64,000 bases of DNA from Acutalibacteraceae bacterium (GCA_045537495.1 JAZSPN010000133.1:985-64984); one strand, 5' to 3'. Counted from the stretch's first letter, positions 8,833 to 19,427 are shown. Numbers and translations: made by a program. Notes: a model not told the origin generated them from the letters alone.

Positions 8833-11082
8833 TTATAATTCTTTAAGATACATTAATGCCATTCCGAAAAGTGTCTGTATTTTGTAAAAGGGCTGTAAAA
8901 TATAATATTTCTTTTCCGATTTGTTCAACCCGTTGAATGAAAAGCCTTCGAGAACGACGTGTTCTTTGTAGCTCATGTCAACTGCCTGACTTGCGAAAGA
9001 GCGAAACTTTGTGCCGTCGGAAACGGAGTAAAATTTATATCCGAGCTTGCCGTCGGAGGTGGAACGCATAGAGTTAACAAGCGTTATATTTCCTCCCGAC
9101 ATAATGTAGGAGTACTCGGTTTTGGAGGAGCCGTCAAGACCGACATTTATGAGGGTTACATCACTGTCGGTTGATTTCAGGAAGGATTTTCCGCCATAGA
9201 TGAATGAGCTCAGAACCGTGACATTCAGACAGTGGGAAAGCTCAATATAATTTGTGTGAATTCTTGTGATCGGAATAAAAACATAATCAAAAAGCTTGTC
9301 TTCCGTGATTCTCGGTATGCCGAAAGAGGCATATCCGTTTCTCGGCAGCGTATTTGCATTCTGCAAACAGCCTTCAATAAACGTGTCGTTGCAGCCACTC
9401 AGAGAAAACATTGATTCATAGCAGCAACCGACGATTTTTTTGAGGAAGGCATTGTCGGAGTTTTCAAGCCTTACACCGCACGAAGCGAGTGTGATAAAGC
9501 AGTTGTTGATGTAGACGTTATCGCCCTTTCCGTAGACGGCGGGAGATGTGGGAATATATTTTCCGCTGTCGTCGGTGGGGTTGTTGAGAGGATAGTCTAT
9601 TCTGATGCCGTTAAGTCCCGAACCGCTTCCGAGAGTTATCAAAGGTGCACTGTCCTTCGAATATCCGTAATATGAAAGAATAAGCGTTCCGCTGCTGTTA
9701 CCGCCTTGGCAGCGTGTCGCGACGGCGGAAGATCCGCGAAGCTCAACATTGTCGGGAACGGTTACGGGATTGTCGAAACGGTAAAGACCTCCGGGAAGAT
9801 ATACGACACCGCCCGAGTCCTTCGCATTGTTCAGTGTCTGCTGTACCAAGACGGAAGCATCTGTTTTACCTGTTTTGTCGGCAACGACGGTATACAGATT
9901 GAGTGACGGCTTTTCATAGGTTTTGTCATACGGGACAGACTTAACGGATCCGCCCGTTTCGTAAGAGCGGATATTGCGCCCCTTTATCTTTCCCGAAATC
10001 TCAACGTCGGTCAGAATCATTGCGTTGTTTCCGGGATCAAACACGGCGCATTCAAAGCCTTCGATAATGCCCTTGTAAATACCCGTTCCCCATGAATAAC
10101 CGCGGTCGACAACGACTCCCTTCGGGATATATATTCCGTAGTCGCAATTCGTTATATAAAGATCCGTAAAAACACCGCTGAAGGAGTAGCGGATACCTTC
10201 CTTCATAAGGATACCGTACTGCATTTCGGAAATTTTTACATCGGCAAACTGGGGCCATTCAAGGTCACCGATAATCAGTCCCTTGCTGTTTTTGCGGGTG
10301 TAAAGATTTATTTTTCCGATATCGGGTGAATTGAATTCCTCTCCTGCCTCTGCCCAGTATTTATTGAGAATATAAAGAGTCTTTACGGTATCGACATCAG
10401 CGGAATTGTGAGAGTTGAGTCCCTCATAAAGACACGTTCCCTTGACGTTTTCAATCGTTGTCATTTCATGACACTGATATACTCCGTTTTCACATTCGGA
10501 GCAGGCACCGATTCCGCGGTAGGAGTTAATAAGCGTACAATTCTTTATTGTATGGAGCATATAATCACCGTTACCCGTGACGTAGAAGGTGTAAGGGTAC
10601 GGCAGAACGTTATCGATACTCTGATTCGGATACCAGACGGCAAGACCGACGGCACCGGCACTTGCACCGACGGTAAACAGTCCCGGAGTCATGAGAGAGG
10701 TGCTTTCAACGTCGGCAATAATAAGAGTGCCGATATCCGATGAAATATCGGGATCATTCCAATCTCCGCGAAGAGTTACAAACTGGCGGATGTAGATGTT
10801 ACCGCTGATTTTGTATTTTCCGACGGGGAGAAAAACCGTTCCGCCGCCGTTTGCGGCACAGTCGTCAATTGCTTTTTGAATAATTGCGGTAACATCGCTC
10901 TTTCCGCTGCAATCGGCATTGTACGGAGGATCGGTAACGATGATATCTGCAATTACAACGTCTTCGGTGGGATAAACCGTTTCAACAATGACGGGACTTT
11001 GTGCTTCTTCCGCAGAAAACGCAGAAAAAGTAAGGCAGAACACCGATACAGTACAAAGGAAGAAACTTATCAGTCTTTTCAT
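8833..11082 (-). CDS. secreted tandem right-handed beta-helix protein (two Pectate_lyase_3/GH55-like modules)
   Basis: Signal peptide MKRLISFFLCTVSVFCLTFSAFSAEE. Two copies of the D(V/A)T/S..IQ....D....GGG(T/V)V(F/Y)LP.G.Y motif occur (residues ~60 and ~405), as in GH55 exo-beta-1,3-glucanases. Confidence 0.6.
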   Translation of the reverse strand: MKRLISFFLCTVSVFCLTFSAFSAEEAQSPVIVETVYPTEDVVIADIIVTDPPYNADCSGKSDVTAIIQKAIDDCAANGGGTVFLPVGKYKISGNIYIRQFVTLRGDWNDPDISSDIGTLIIADVESTSLMTPGLFTVGASAGAVGLAVWYPNQSIDNVLPYPYTFYVTGNGDYMLHTIKNCTLINSYRGIGACSECENGVYQCHEMTTIENVKGTCLYEGLNSHNSADVDTVKTLYILNKYWAEAGEEFNSPDIGKINLYTRKNSKGLIIGDLEWPQFADVKISEMQYGILMKEGIRYSFSGVFTDLYITNCDYGIYIPKGVVVDRGYSWGTGIYKGIIEGFECAVFDPGNNAMILTDVEISGKIKGRNIRSYETGGSVKSVPYDKTYEKPSLNLYTVVADKTGKTDASVLVQQTLNNAKDSGGVVYLPGGLYRFDNPVTVPDNVELRGSSAVATRCQGGNSSGTLILSYYGYSKDSAPLITLGSGSGLNGIRIDYPLNNPTDDSGKYIPTSPAVYGKGDNVYINNCFITLASCGVRLENSDNAFLKKIVGCCYESMFSLSGCNDTFIEGCLQNANTLPRNGYASFGIPRITEDKLFDYVFIPITRIHTNYIELSHCLNVTVLSSFIYGGKSFLKSTDSDVTLINVGLDGSSKTEYSYIMSGGNITLVNSMRSTSDGKLGYKFYSVSDGTKFRSFASQAVDMSYKEHVVLEGFSFNGLNKSEKKYYILQPFYKIQTLFGMALMYLKEL

Positions 11083-11123
11083 AATTACATCTCCTTGAAT
11101 TTTTCTGAAAATTTACGGATTTG

Positions 11124-12353
11124 TTATGTCCCGTTGAATTCAAACGTTACCTCTTCTTTCGGATAGAACGTAACGTATTTATCCTGATAGAAGTTCTGTA
11201 AAGAGAAGTCAACAGCTCCGTCTGAATCGATTTCGATAACCGTGCAGCCGCGCTGATCACCTTTTTTGTAAATTTCATCGTATGCAAGGTAGTCGATGAC
11301 ATAGGAATACGAAAGACGGATCCCTTTGTACCCGAGAGAAAAATTGTTTTTGTGGTCGTGACCGCAGAAAACACTGTCTGTACTGCCGAGTTCGAGCATT
11401 GTTTCAAAAAACTGATCTTCATAAACACCGCTGTAAACGGTGATACCGGTTTCCCCTGCCGTGCCGTAAAAATAGCTGACATCCTCGGTATCGGCGAAAC
11501 CGTTGTTTACATATTCAAACCATGCCGTGCGGTATTCCGACAGAGGAACATGTGTAAAAACGGTTGACGGAACGGAATCGGTATAATCACGGTTTTCTTC
11601 ATTTGTTTTCTTTACCGAATCGGAATACCACTTTATCTGGTTTTCGTGAATATTATCATATTTCCACATAAAGCCGAGAAAATCACCGTCAACGAAGGAG
11701 TGGGAATCAACGGTGTACAGCGACCGTATGACATTGCCGTCGGAATTGACTATATGAAAAACCTGATTTGCACTGCCGTCGGTATTTTTTGCACCGTCGC
11801 GGACAAGACAGTGAGGATACTGAGAGTAGAATTCGGATATTTTCTCACGGTTTAAATAGTTATAAGATTCTACATCGTGGTTTCCGTACGAAGCGGTCCA
11901 GTAAACACCGAGAGTTTCCATAAGCTCCGCAAAGATACGCGCACCCGACTTATTGTTAAGCGTTCCGGAATAAATGGGGATGGCATAGGCAATATCTCCC
12001 GTCACCACAACGAAATCGGGTTTTTCCGCAGAGATGACAGATGCGACGGCGTTCATTGCCATTGCATCCTTGCGGAAGGAAAGCCATCCGCCGCCGAGAT
12101 GAATGTCGGTGAGTTGCAGAACTTTCAGACCGTCATCGGAATATATATTCCATGTGCCGTCCGAAATGTTTTCGGCCGAAAGATCGGGACATCCCGAAGC
12201 GGGAAAGGACTTTGCTTTTTTTACATTGAAATTCAGACAAACCGCATTTGATATTGCGACAGTTACGATGATGATTCCGATAGTCAGAAGTATCGGAATA
12301 AAAATCTTTTTTGCTGACAGTTTTTTTGAATGTGACGGTGTCTTTTTCGGCAT
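11124..12353 (-). CDS. membrane-anchored metallophosphoesterase
   Basis: N-terminal TM anchor, then LTDIHLGG, VVTGDIAY, YGNHD and CGHDHKNNF motifs. Confidence 0.75.
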   Translation of the reverse strand: MPKKTPSHSKKLSAKKIFIPILLTIGIIIVTVAISNAVCLNFNVKKAKSFPASGCPDLSAENISDGTWNIYSDDGLKVLQLTDIHLGGGWLSFRKDAMAMNAVASVISAEKPDFVVVTGDIAYAIPIYSGTLNNKSGARIFAELMETLGVYWTASYGNHDVESYNYLNREKISEFYSQYPHCLVRDGAKNTDGSANQVFHIVNSDGNVIRSLYTVDSHSFVDGDFLGFMWKYDNIHENQIKWYSDSVKKTNEENRDYTDSVPSTVFTHVPLSEYRTAWFEYVNNGFADTEDVSYFYGTAGETGITVYSGVYEDQFFETMLELGSTDSVFCGHDHKNNFSLGYKGIRLSYSYVIDYLAYDEIYKKGDQRGCTVIEIDSDGAVDFSLQNFYQDKYVTFYPKEEVTFEFNGT

Positions 12354-12466
12354 AAAAACCTCCGAGTGTTGAATTCAGTAAAAGTATAGCACATATTGCA
12401 AATGAAATAAAGAAAAATTTAAGCGAATAAAGTTTCCTGAAAGGATAAAAGCGAAGTTGACTTCAT

Positions 12467-12498
12467 GAAAAAACTCCCGAGGCAGTGATGCTTCGGGA
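12467..12498 (-). terminator. rho-independent terminator after the aldo/keto reductase
   Basis: The minus strand reads CTCCCGAAG-loop-CCTCGGGAG followed by TTTTTT. Confidence 0.6.
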
Positions 12499-12524
12499 GA
12501 AAAACTTTCGTCCTATGCTTTTGT

Positions 12525-13445
12525 TTACGGCAGGATGTTTCCTGCCGATTTATAAATTTCGTACCATTCCTCACGGGTAAGGGTGATTTCCGTTGCCTTG
12601 ATGCAGTCTTTGAGCCTTGTGAGGTTAGTGGTGCCCGTAACGGGTTGCATCTTGGCGGGATGACGGAGAATCCAGGAGAAAGCTATTGTAGTTTTGGAAA
12701 CACCGTACTTTTCGGCGATTGAAGCGAGAGTTTTGTTGAGAGCGGGGAATTCCTCGTTATCGATGAAGCATCCCTTGAAGAAGCCGTACTGCATGGGGGA
12801 CCACGGCTGAACGGTGATTTTATTAAGACGGCAGAAATCGAGAACACCGCCGTCACGGTTTATTGCGGAATCGTTATACATATTGACATTGATACCCGAC
12901 TGAATCATCGGAGCGTGCATTATCGAGAACTGAAGCTGATTTGCGCAAAGAGGCATATCGAGGCTGTTCGCAAGAAGCTGAATCTGTGAAGGATTCTGGT
13001 TGGAAACTCCGAAATGACGTACTTTTCCCGAAGCTTTCAGCTCATCGAAAGCTTTTGCAACCTCGTCGGGCTCCATGAGTGCATCAGGTCTGTGAAGAAG
13101 AAGTACATCGATGTAATCGGTGCCGAGTCTTTTAAGACTTCCTTCAACGGAACGAGTTATATGCTCATACGAAAAATCGAACATCTTTCCCGACACGATA
13201 CCGCATTTTGTCTGGATGAAAATCTTTTCACGCACGGAAGAAGTTACGGCTTTTCCGAAAACCTCTTCGCTCTTGCCTCCCCCGTATATGTCGGCATGGT
13301 CAAAAAAGTTTGCTCCGTTTTCGATCGCCGTATTTACGAAGGCGGAGGCTTCTTTTTCGCTCATGTTGCCGATACGCATACAGCCCACGGCAACCGTCGG
13401 TACGGACAGTCCGCTTTTTCCGAATTCAATACTGTACATTGTCAT
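12525..13445 (-). CDS. aldo/keto reductase
   Basis: The GCMRIG...FFDHADIYGGGKSEE...LLHRPD...GVSN pattern is typical of the AKR superfamily. Confidence 0.9.
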   Translation of the reverse strand: MTMYSIEFGKSGLSVPTVAVGCMRIGNMSEKEASAFVNTAIENGANFFDHADIYGGGKSEEVFGKAVTSSVREKIFIQTKCGIVSGKMFDFSYEHITRSVEGSLKRLGTDYIDVLLLHRPDALMEPDEVAKAFDELKASGKVRHFGVSNQNPSQIQLLANSLDMPLCANQLQFSIMHAPMIQSGINVNMYNDSAINRDGGVLDFCRLNKITVQPWSPMQYGFFKGCFIDNEEFPALNKTLASIAEKYGVSKTTIAFSWILRHPAKMQPVTGTTNLTRLKDCIKATEITLTREEWYEIYKSAGNILP

Positions 13446-13821
13446 TATCCTTTCGTTTTCTGATTTTAAGTGAAGTCATGTCGAAGCTCAAAGAGAGAAG
13501 CCACCTGACCGTTTCATCCTCGACACTGCCGTCGAGAGAAACGGAAATCCAGTGCGACTTATTCATGTGATATGCGGGGAAAATGCCTTTTTCGATTCTG
13601 ACGGAGCCTGTAAGTATCGGATCACATTTTAAGTTTACGATGTCGATGATATCGTCGGAGCAAAGTCCCAGCTTTGATTTCGGAATATCCATTATGACGG
13701 CGAACCATTTTCGGTTATTTGCATGACGGAATACGGCATATTGCGGAGCACTTGCCCAGGGATACTCTGCCTCGGTGCCGTAAATTTCCGAAATATGTTT
13801 TATGAGTTCCTGTCTGTTCAT
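13426..13821 (-). CDS. MmcQ/YjbR-family protein
   Basis: MNRQELIKHISEIYGTEAEYPWASAPQYAVFRHANNRKWFAVIMDIP... matches the YjbR family pattern. I chose the ATG at 13821 rather than the longer hydrophobic N-extension of the track ORF. Confidence 0.8.
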   Translation of the reverse strand: MNRQELIKHISEIYGTEAEYPWASAPQYAVFRHANNRKWFAVIMDIPKSKLGLCSDDIIDIVNLKCDPILTGSVRIEKGIFPAYHMNKSHWISVSLDGSVEDETVRWLLSLSFDMTSLKIRKRKDNDNVQY

Positions 13822-13888
13822 TTCTTTTCCTCTTGAAACGTTTTTTACAGTGTAGCACATTAAAAAATAAAAGACAACAAGATTCGTT

Positions 13889-14344
13889 TTATACAAATTG
13901 ATAAATAATCGGCAATAAAATGCTGATTATCACCTCTACGGCATAGACAATTAAAAATACCTTGAGTAATTTTTTTGAAAAGGATGCTTCATCGAACGGC
14001 ATTACTTCTTTACCGCATTCCCCGCAGAAAGTGCTGTTTTTTTCTGTGAGAGAGGAACAGTCGGGACACTTGTTTTTTGAAATTCTGATTCTTGCGTATA
14101 TGTAAAACGGAAGACACGGCCAGTCAATTATAAGTGCCGAAACAACCCAGCGGAAAGAGCTCATTTTCTTGCGGTGTGAATCGATGAAAATTATTGAAAG
14201 GAGTATGGTTTTCCATATGAACAAGATAACTAAGGCGAAAAATCCCGTTGCCATTCCGATAAGCATTGCACCCATAAACAGCATCACCCCGAAAACCGTG
14301 AAATTTCTTTGTTTCAGTCTATCATATTGCACGGATATAATCAA
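13889..14344 (-). CDS. membrane protein with internal zinc-ribbon (CPDC...CGEC)
   Basis: Three or four hydrophobic helices plus CPDCSSLTEKNSTFCGECG. No family recognised. Confidence 0.5.
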   Translation of the reverse strand: MIISVQYDRLKQRNFTVFGVMLFMGAMLIGMATGFFALVILFIWKTILLSIIFIDSHRKKMSSFRWVVSALIIDWPCLPFYIYARIRISKNKCPDCSSLTEKNSTFCGECGKEVMPFDEASFSKKLLKVFLIVYAVEVIISILLPIIYQFV

Positions 14345-14442
14345 CTTAATGTTGACGGGCGGTAAAAAATATTGATATAATTCAATTAATACGATGTTTT
14401 CCTGAATTTATCGGAATCACTTTACGGCAAAAGGAGTTTACA

Positions 14443-14931
14443 ATGATTTCTCATCCGTTTCCTCCCTTGTACGATGAAAATTCAAAGATACTTATTCTCG
14501 GAAGCTTTCCGTCGGTAAAGTCACGTGAGCAGATGTTTTTCTACGGTCATCCGCAGAACAGATTCTGGAAAGTTATATCGTGCATCACGGGTGCGCCGTT
14601 ACCGGTAACGACGGACGAAAAGAAAAAGCTTTTGCTGTCAAACAGAATTGCACTGTGGGACGTGCTGGCTTCGTGCGAGATTGAAGGAAGCTCCGACAGC
14701 TCGATAAAAAATGCCGTGCCGAACGACATTACGGAGATTCTTGATCATGCCGAAATAGTGAAGATTTTTGTCAACGGAAAGACGGCGGAAAAGTATTATA
14801 AAAAATATGTAACGGATACCGTAAAACGTGAGGCCGTCTGTCTGCCGTCAACTTCACCTGCAAATGCTGCATGGAGTCTTGAAAAACTGACAGACGAATG
14901 GAAACGGAATATTTCGGAATATTTGTATTGA
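14443..14931 (+). CDS. DNA-deoxyinosine (hypoxanthine) glycosylase, UDG superfamily
   Basis: ILILGSFPSVKSREQMFFYGHPQNRFW is the hallmark N-terminal motif of this UDG family. Confidence 0.8.
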   Translation: MISHPFPPLYDENSKILILGSFPSVKSREQMFFYGHPQNRFWKVISCITGAPLPVTTDEKKKLLLSNRIALWDVLASCEIEGSSDSSIKNAVPNDITEILDHAEIVKIFVNGKTAEKYYKKYVTDTVKREAVCLPSTSPANAAWSLEKLTDEWKRNISEYLY

Positions 14932-14962
14932 TAAAAAGACAAAGAATTTGCGGAGATGTATT

Positions 14963-15805
14963 ATGATCGGAATTATGGATATCGGCGGAGGGCTGAGAGG
15001 AAATTATGTAAGCGGTATCGTAGATTATCTGCTTGATAATTCTATCGATATTGAATACTGTCTGGGAGTTTCCGCGGGAAGTGCCAATCTTATTACGTAT
15101 ATAGCCCGGCAGCGAGGCAGATTAAAAAAGTTTTATGAGGAATATTCGTTTGAAAAGCAATATATGAGCATGGGTAACTATTTCAGAAAAGGTATGTATA
15201 TTAACCTTGACTACATATATTCCGATATAACGAACAGCTACGGTAAAAACCCGTTGGATTTTGATACCGTAACAAAATCGCAAAAGAAGCTTGTTGTTGC
15301 GGTAACGGATGCAAAGACCTCGGAACAAAAGTATTTCTGTAAAAGCGATTTGGAGCGTGACGATTTCACTCTCTTGAAGGCAAGCTGTGCAATACCCGTA
15401 GCAACCCGTCGCCCCGTTTCGTTTAAGGGCGGAAAATATTTTGACGGCGGTGTATCCGATCCGATTCCGTATAAAAAAGCATTCGAAGACGGTTGCGATA
15501 AGCTGATTATTTGTCTGACACTCCCCATCGATTATAAAAAATCAGCCTTTCCGCGACATCTTGCCGATTTGCTTCTTTCGGGATATCCGCAAATCGCAAA
15601 GGCTGTCGCTTCGTCGCATTTAATTTATGACAGGAGAATACGGGAAATCAGGAAGCTCGAAGAACAGGGCAAGGTGCTGATACTTTATCCGAAAGAGTGC
15701 TTCGGGATTAAAACGGCAACAAGAAACAGAGTCGGTTTGGAAAAGCTCTATCGGCTCGGATACAATGATGCAAAAAAGACAGAAAAATTTTTGAGCACGG
15801 AGTAA
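14963..15805 (+). CDS. patatin-like phospholipase
   Basis: Oxyanion GGGLRG, nucleophile GVSAGS and catalytic DGG. The ATG at 14963 has GCGGAG upstream; the track ORF begins at the TTG at 14948. Confidence 0.85.
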   Translation: MIGIMDIGGGLRGNYVSGIVDYLLDNSIDIEYCLGVSAGSANLITYIARQRGRLKKFYEEYSFEKQYMSMGNYFRKGMYINLDYIYSDITNSYGKNPLDFDTVTKSQKKLVVAVTDAKTSEQKYFCKSDLERDDFTLLKASCAIPVATRRPVSFKGGKYFDGGVSDPIPYKKAFEDGCDKLIICLTLPIDYKKSAFPRHLADLLLSGYPQIAKAVASSHLIYDRRIREIRKLEEQGKVLILYPKECFGIKTATRNRVGLEKLYRLGYNDAKKTEKFLSTE

Positions 15806-15809
15806 CAAA

Positions 15810-16514
15810 ATGAACAGACCTTATATTATTTGCCATATGACGGTGTCGATTGACGGCAAGGTAACGGGAGATTTTCTTTCGAAAGATGAGAGTGCGGCGG
15901 CTTGCGAAATTTACTATGAAATCAACAGAAAAATCAAATCGAACGGATTTATATGCGGACGTGTTACCATGGAAGGCAGCTTTACCGACGGATATTATCC
16001 CGACTTGTCGGAATATGAGCCGAAACGAAAAGATACGGATTTTATACCTGACTCGGAAAGCATGTCGGGCTTTTACGCAGTTGCATTTGATCCGAAGGGC
16101 AGACTCGGCTGGAAGTCGAACAGAATCATCGACGTTGACGGCGATCCCGGGTATGACGGAGCACGGATCATCGAGGTGCTGACACGGCGGGCAGACAGCC
16201 GTTATCTCGGCTATCTTGAAAGCATGAAAATTCCGTACATATTCGCAGGTGAAGCCGAAATCGACGTTGAAACGGCGCTTTTTAAGCTGAAAAACAACTT
16301 TGGCTGTGAAACTCTTTTGCTCGAGGGCGGAAGTATCATAAACGGTTTTTTCCAAAGAGCGGATGCAATAGATGAGCTGAGCCTTGTCGTTGCACCCGTC
16401 GTCGCCGATAAGGATGATAAACCGTTGTTTGACGACGGTAAAACCTCGGATTTTGAGCTTGTTAAAGCGGAATTTGTAAACGGAAATGCAGTTTTGAATT
16501 ACAAAAGAAAATAA
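15810..16514 (+). CDS. RibD C-terminal domain / dihydrofolate-reductase-like family protein
   Basis: SIDGKVTG...LLLEGGSIINGFF...DELSLVVAPVV is the typical pattern. The longer antisense ORF 15708-16556 is rejected. Confidence 0.8.
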   Translation: MNRPYIICHMTVSIDGKVTGDFLSKDESAAACEIYYEINRKIKSNGFICGRVTMEGSFTDGYYPDLSEYEPKRKDTDFIPDSESMSGFYAVAFDPKGRLGWKSNRIIDVDGDPGYDGARIIEVLTRRADSRYLGYLESMKIPYIFAGEAEIDVETALFKLKNNFGCETLLLEGGSIINGFFQRADAIDELSLVVAPVVADKDDKPLFDDGKTSDFELVKAEFVNGNAVLNYKRK

Positions 16515-16534
16515 TTTTAACAAGGGGAATCGAT

Positions 16535-17500
16535 ATGTACAAAACAAACGAAGCAATTAAAAAACTTGACAGACCTGTACTTACACGACTGGATGTACCG
16601 TATAATGCGGGACTCATATTCAACGCGGCTGTTGAAAAGTATAACGGAAAATATGTCATGCTTTTCAGAAATGATTACGGTGATTTCGAAAATCATAAAC
16701 TTACGGGAACAAACATCGGTTTTGCCGTAAGTGATGACGGAATTACCTGGACGGTTTCCGATAAACCTTGTTTTCAGATATCCGACGGTGAAATCGACAG
16801 AGTATACGATCCTCGACTGACGGTAATTGACGGTGTTTGCTACGTCTGCTTTGCCGTCGATACGAAACACGGACTTCGCGGAGGAATTGCAAAAACAGAA
16901 GATTTTGAAAAATTCGACATTATTTCGCTTTCGCTGCCCGACAACAGAAACATGGTGCTTTTCCCCGAGAAAATCAACGGAAATTTTATCCGTCTTGAAC
17001 GACCTATGCCCGTTTATTCACGATGGGGAAAAGACAGATTCGACATCTGGCTTTCGGAGTCCCCCGACCTTGTCTACTGGGGTAAATCAAGACTTGTTAT
17101 GGGTGTCGAAGATGTTCCGTTTGCAAACGATAAAATCGGTCCTGCCGCGCCTCCCATAAAAACAAAAAAAGGCTGGCTCACCACATTCCATGCCGTCGAG
17201 CTTGATCCCGAAAGAGGTAAAAACGGCTGGGAAGGTAAATGGCAAAAGCAGTATCATGCGGGCATCATGCTTCTTGATCTGAATGATCCGTCAAAGATTA
17301 TCGGTAAGTACGATAAACCGCTCATTGTTTGCGACAGAGATTATGAAATAAAAGACGGATTCAGAAAAGACGTTATATTTCCTTGCGGCAACGTTCTCGA
17401 GGATAACGGCGAGGTTAAGATTTATTACGGTGCATCCGATACGGTTGAGTGTATGGCGACGGCAGATGTAAACGATTTAATAAAGCTTTGTTTTGAATAA
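16535..17500 (+). CDS. GH130 beta-mannoside phosphorylase/hydrolase
   Basis: FNAAV...MLFRND, DPRLT, DNRNMVLFPEKING and the ~320 aa length are typical of GH130. Confidence 0.85.
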   Translation: MYKTNEAIKKLDRPVLTRLDVPYNAGLIFNAAVEKYNGKYVMLFRNDYGDFENHKLTGTNIGFAVSDDGITWTVSDKPCFQISDGEIDRVYDPRLTVIDGVCYVCFAVDTKHGLRGGIAKTEDFEKFDIISLSLPDNRNMVLFPEKINGNFIRLERPMPVYSRWGKDRFDIWLSESPDLVYWGKSRLVMGVEDVPFANDKIGPAAPPIKTKKGWLTTFHAVELDPERGKNGWEGKWQKQYHAGIMLLDLNDPSKIIGKYDKPLIVCDRDYEIKDGFRKDVIFPCGNVLEDNGEVKIYYGASDTVECMATADVNDLIKLCFE

Positions 17501-17519
17501 ACGGGAAGGAGCGTTCAAA

Positions 17520-19427
17520 ATGAAGAAATTACTCTCGGGTTTGTTTTGTTTGGCAATAATGTTCTCTTTGACGATTACCTCTTTTGCGGAAAAGAGCGAA
17601 AACGTGTTTTGTGTTGCGGATTCGGTTATTTGCGTTAGTCCGAATGCGACGGAAAACGAACGCTATGCCGCAGAAAAGCTTGAGTATTATCTTGAAAAAA
17701 TTCTCGGCAGTGATGTCATGACCGTTGCCTCGGCAGACGGTACGAAAAACAGAATAATCGTCGGAAATTCTGCCGCAGACATTGATTTTGATACCGACAA
17801 AAACGGCAGTTATATAATCAGGTCCGATGAAAGCACCCTTACGATTTCGGGTGTCGGAAGCAGGGGCACGCTTTACGGCGTTTATGCTTTTCTCGAAGAT
17901 TATTGCGGTTGCAGATGGTACGAAAAGGATGTTATAAAAATTCCCGAGAATCCGGATTTGACCGTTCCCGCGGATATTGATACGGAATATACTCCGTATT
18001 TTGAATATACCGAAACCGATACGGCATCTTCGAGAGATCCCGAATTTTCAATGGCAAACGCTCAGTGCGGAGGCGCTTACAGAAACCTCACAAACAGACA
18101 AGGCGGAGTCGTTGATTATCTTGGGCCGTTTGCACATACTTTTTCCGCCTATTATTGCAGGCCCGAGAAATATTTTGAGGAGCACCCCGAATATTTCGCG
18201 CTCAACGACGGCGAAAGAAACCCGCGCCAGCTCTGCCTTACAAACCCCGATGTGCTGGAAATAGTAACAGAGGAAGTTGTTGCACTTCTTGAAAGAGATC
18301 ATGATCCGAATCAGAGTATGCAGATTGTTTCGCTGACACAACACGATTACGATACGGGATGTGAATGTGAAAACTGTGCAAAAATTGATTCGGAAAACGG
18401 CTCAAAGGCAGGTACAAACATCACTTTTGTAAATGCGGTTGCCGAAAAGGTAAAGGCGACCGGCAAATATGACAACATCGTATTTGATACATTTGCTTAT
18501 CACTACACAAGAAAAACTCCGACAAAGGTTGTGCCGAGAGAGGATGTAATTGTCCGTCTTTGCTCAATCGAGTGTTGTTTCGGACACACGCTTGACGATC
18601 CCGACTGCAAAGAAAACGTATCGTTTATGAAGGACCTTACCGACTGGGGAAAAATCTGCGACAGGGTTTACGTCTGGGACTATGTGACTAATTTTTCTGA
18701 AACCTGCTGTATTTTTCCGAATTTTCATGTATTGCAGAGAAATATGCAGATTTTTGCGGAAAACAGTGTAAAAGGTGTTTACGCAGAAGGTGTTTACTAC
18801 ATTGATAATTGCAATACGGAATTTGCGGAAATGAGGACATACCTTCTGTCACAGCTCATGAAGGATCCGTACATGGATTATTACGCCGAGATGAACGGAT
18901 ATCTTAAAGAGGTCTACGGCGACGGCTGGAATAACATCAGAAAATTCATCGATATCATTTCCGAAAAAGCCGCAACGAAAATCAGACCGCTGTCTATTTA
19001 TGTCAGAGCGAACAATACACTTTCTACCCTGACACCGAAGGAAATTGATTATTGCGATGAGCTTTGGGAAAATGCTCTGAACGAGGTCGTTAATGAGGAG
19101 CAGAAAGCACGTGTAATCCGCTCTCAGCTTTCGTGGAGATATTGGAAATGCTCAAACCGTAAGCAGGAGTTTTCGCTTTTGCGGTTTCCGTATGTCCGGA
19201 TGACGGAGCAGGATAAGCTTTACAACGATTTACTTGACCACGGCACCACGCTCATCGGTGAAGGATTACGCAAAAGAGATTTGTCAAAATGTGAGATGCT
19301 GCATTACGTGGGAATTCCGTTCAAATGGACAACGCTCTACGAAGAAGAAATATGGTTTAAGCTTTCGCCGTATTTCATGAAGTTTTATAATTTCCTCGGC
19401 GAAGTGTACAGCTTTTTTACACGGTAA
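17520..19427 (+). CDS. secreted DUF4838-family protein (GH20-like N-terminal module)
   Basis: Signal peptide MKKLLSGLFCLAIMFSLTITSFA, GTLYGVYAFLEDYCGCRWY motif and ~630 aa. The ATG at 17520 has a GGAAGGAG SD. Confidence 0.7.
   Translation: MKKLLSGLFCLAIMFSLTITSFAEKSENVFCVADSVICVSPNATENERYAAEKLEYYLEKILGSDVMTVASADGTKNRIIVGNSAADIDFDTDKNGSYIIRSDESTLTISGVGSRGTLYGVYAFLEDYCGCRWYEKDVIKIPENPDLTVPADIDTEYTPYFEYTETDTASSRDPEFSMANAQCGGAYRNLTNRQGGVVDYLGPFAHTFSAYYCRPEKYFEEHPEYFALNDGERNPRQLCLTNPDVLEIVTEEVVALLERDHDPNQSMQIVSLTQHDYDTGCECENCAKIDSENGSKAGTNITFVNAVAEKVKATGKYDNIVFDTFAYHYTRKTPTKVVPREDVIVRLCSIECCFGHTLDDPDCKENVSFMKDLTDWGKICDRVYVWDYVTNFSETCCIFPNFHVLQRNMQIFAENSVKGVYAEGVYYIDNCNTEFAEMRTYLLSQLMKDPYMDYYAEMNGYLKEVYGDGWNNIRKFIDIISEKAATKIRPLSIYVRANNTLSTLTPKEIDYCDELWENALNEVVNEEQKARVIRSQLSWRYWKCSNRKQEFSLLRFPYVRMTEQDKLYNDLLDHGTTLIGEGLRKRDLSKCEMLHYVGIPFKWTTLYEEEIWFKLSPYFMKFYNFLGEVYSFFTR

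Noticed and set aside
15708-16556. 282-aa ORF on the minus strand
   Set aside because: It is entirely antisense to the RibD_C-family gene (15810-16514), whose translation has clear family motifs. The minus-strand product is low-complexity and Arg/Phe-rich with no recognisable domain.
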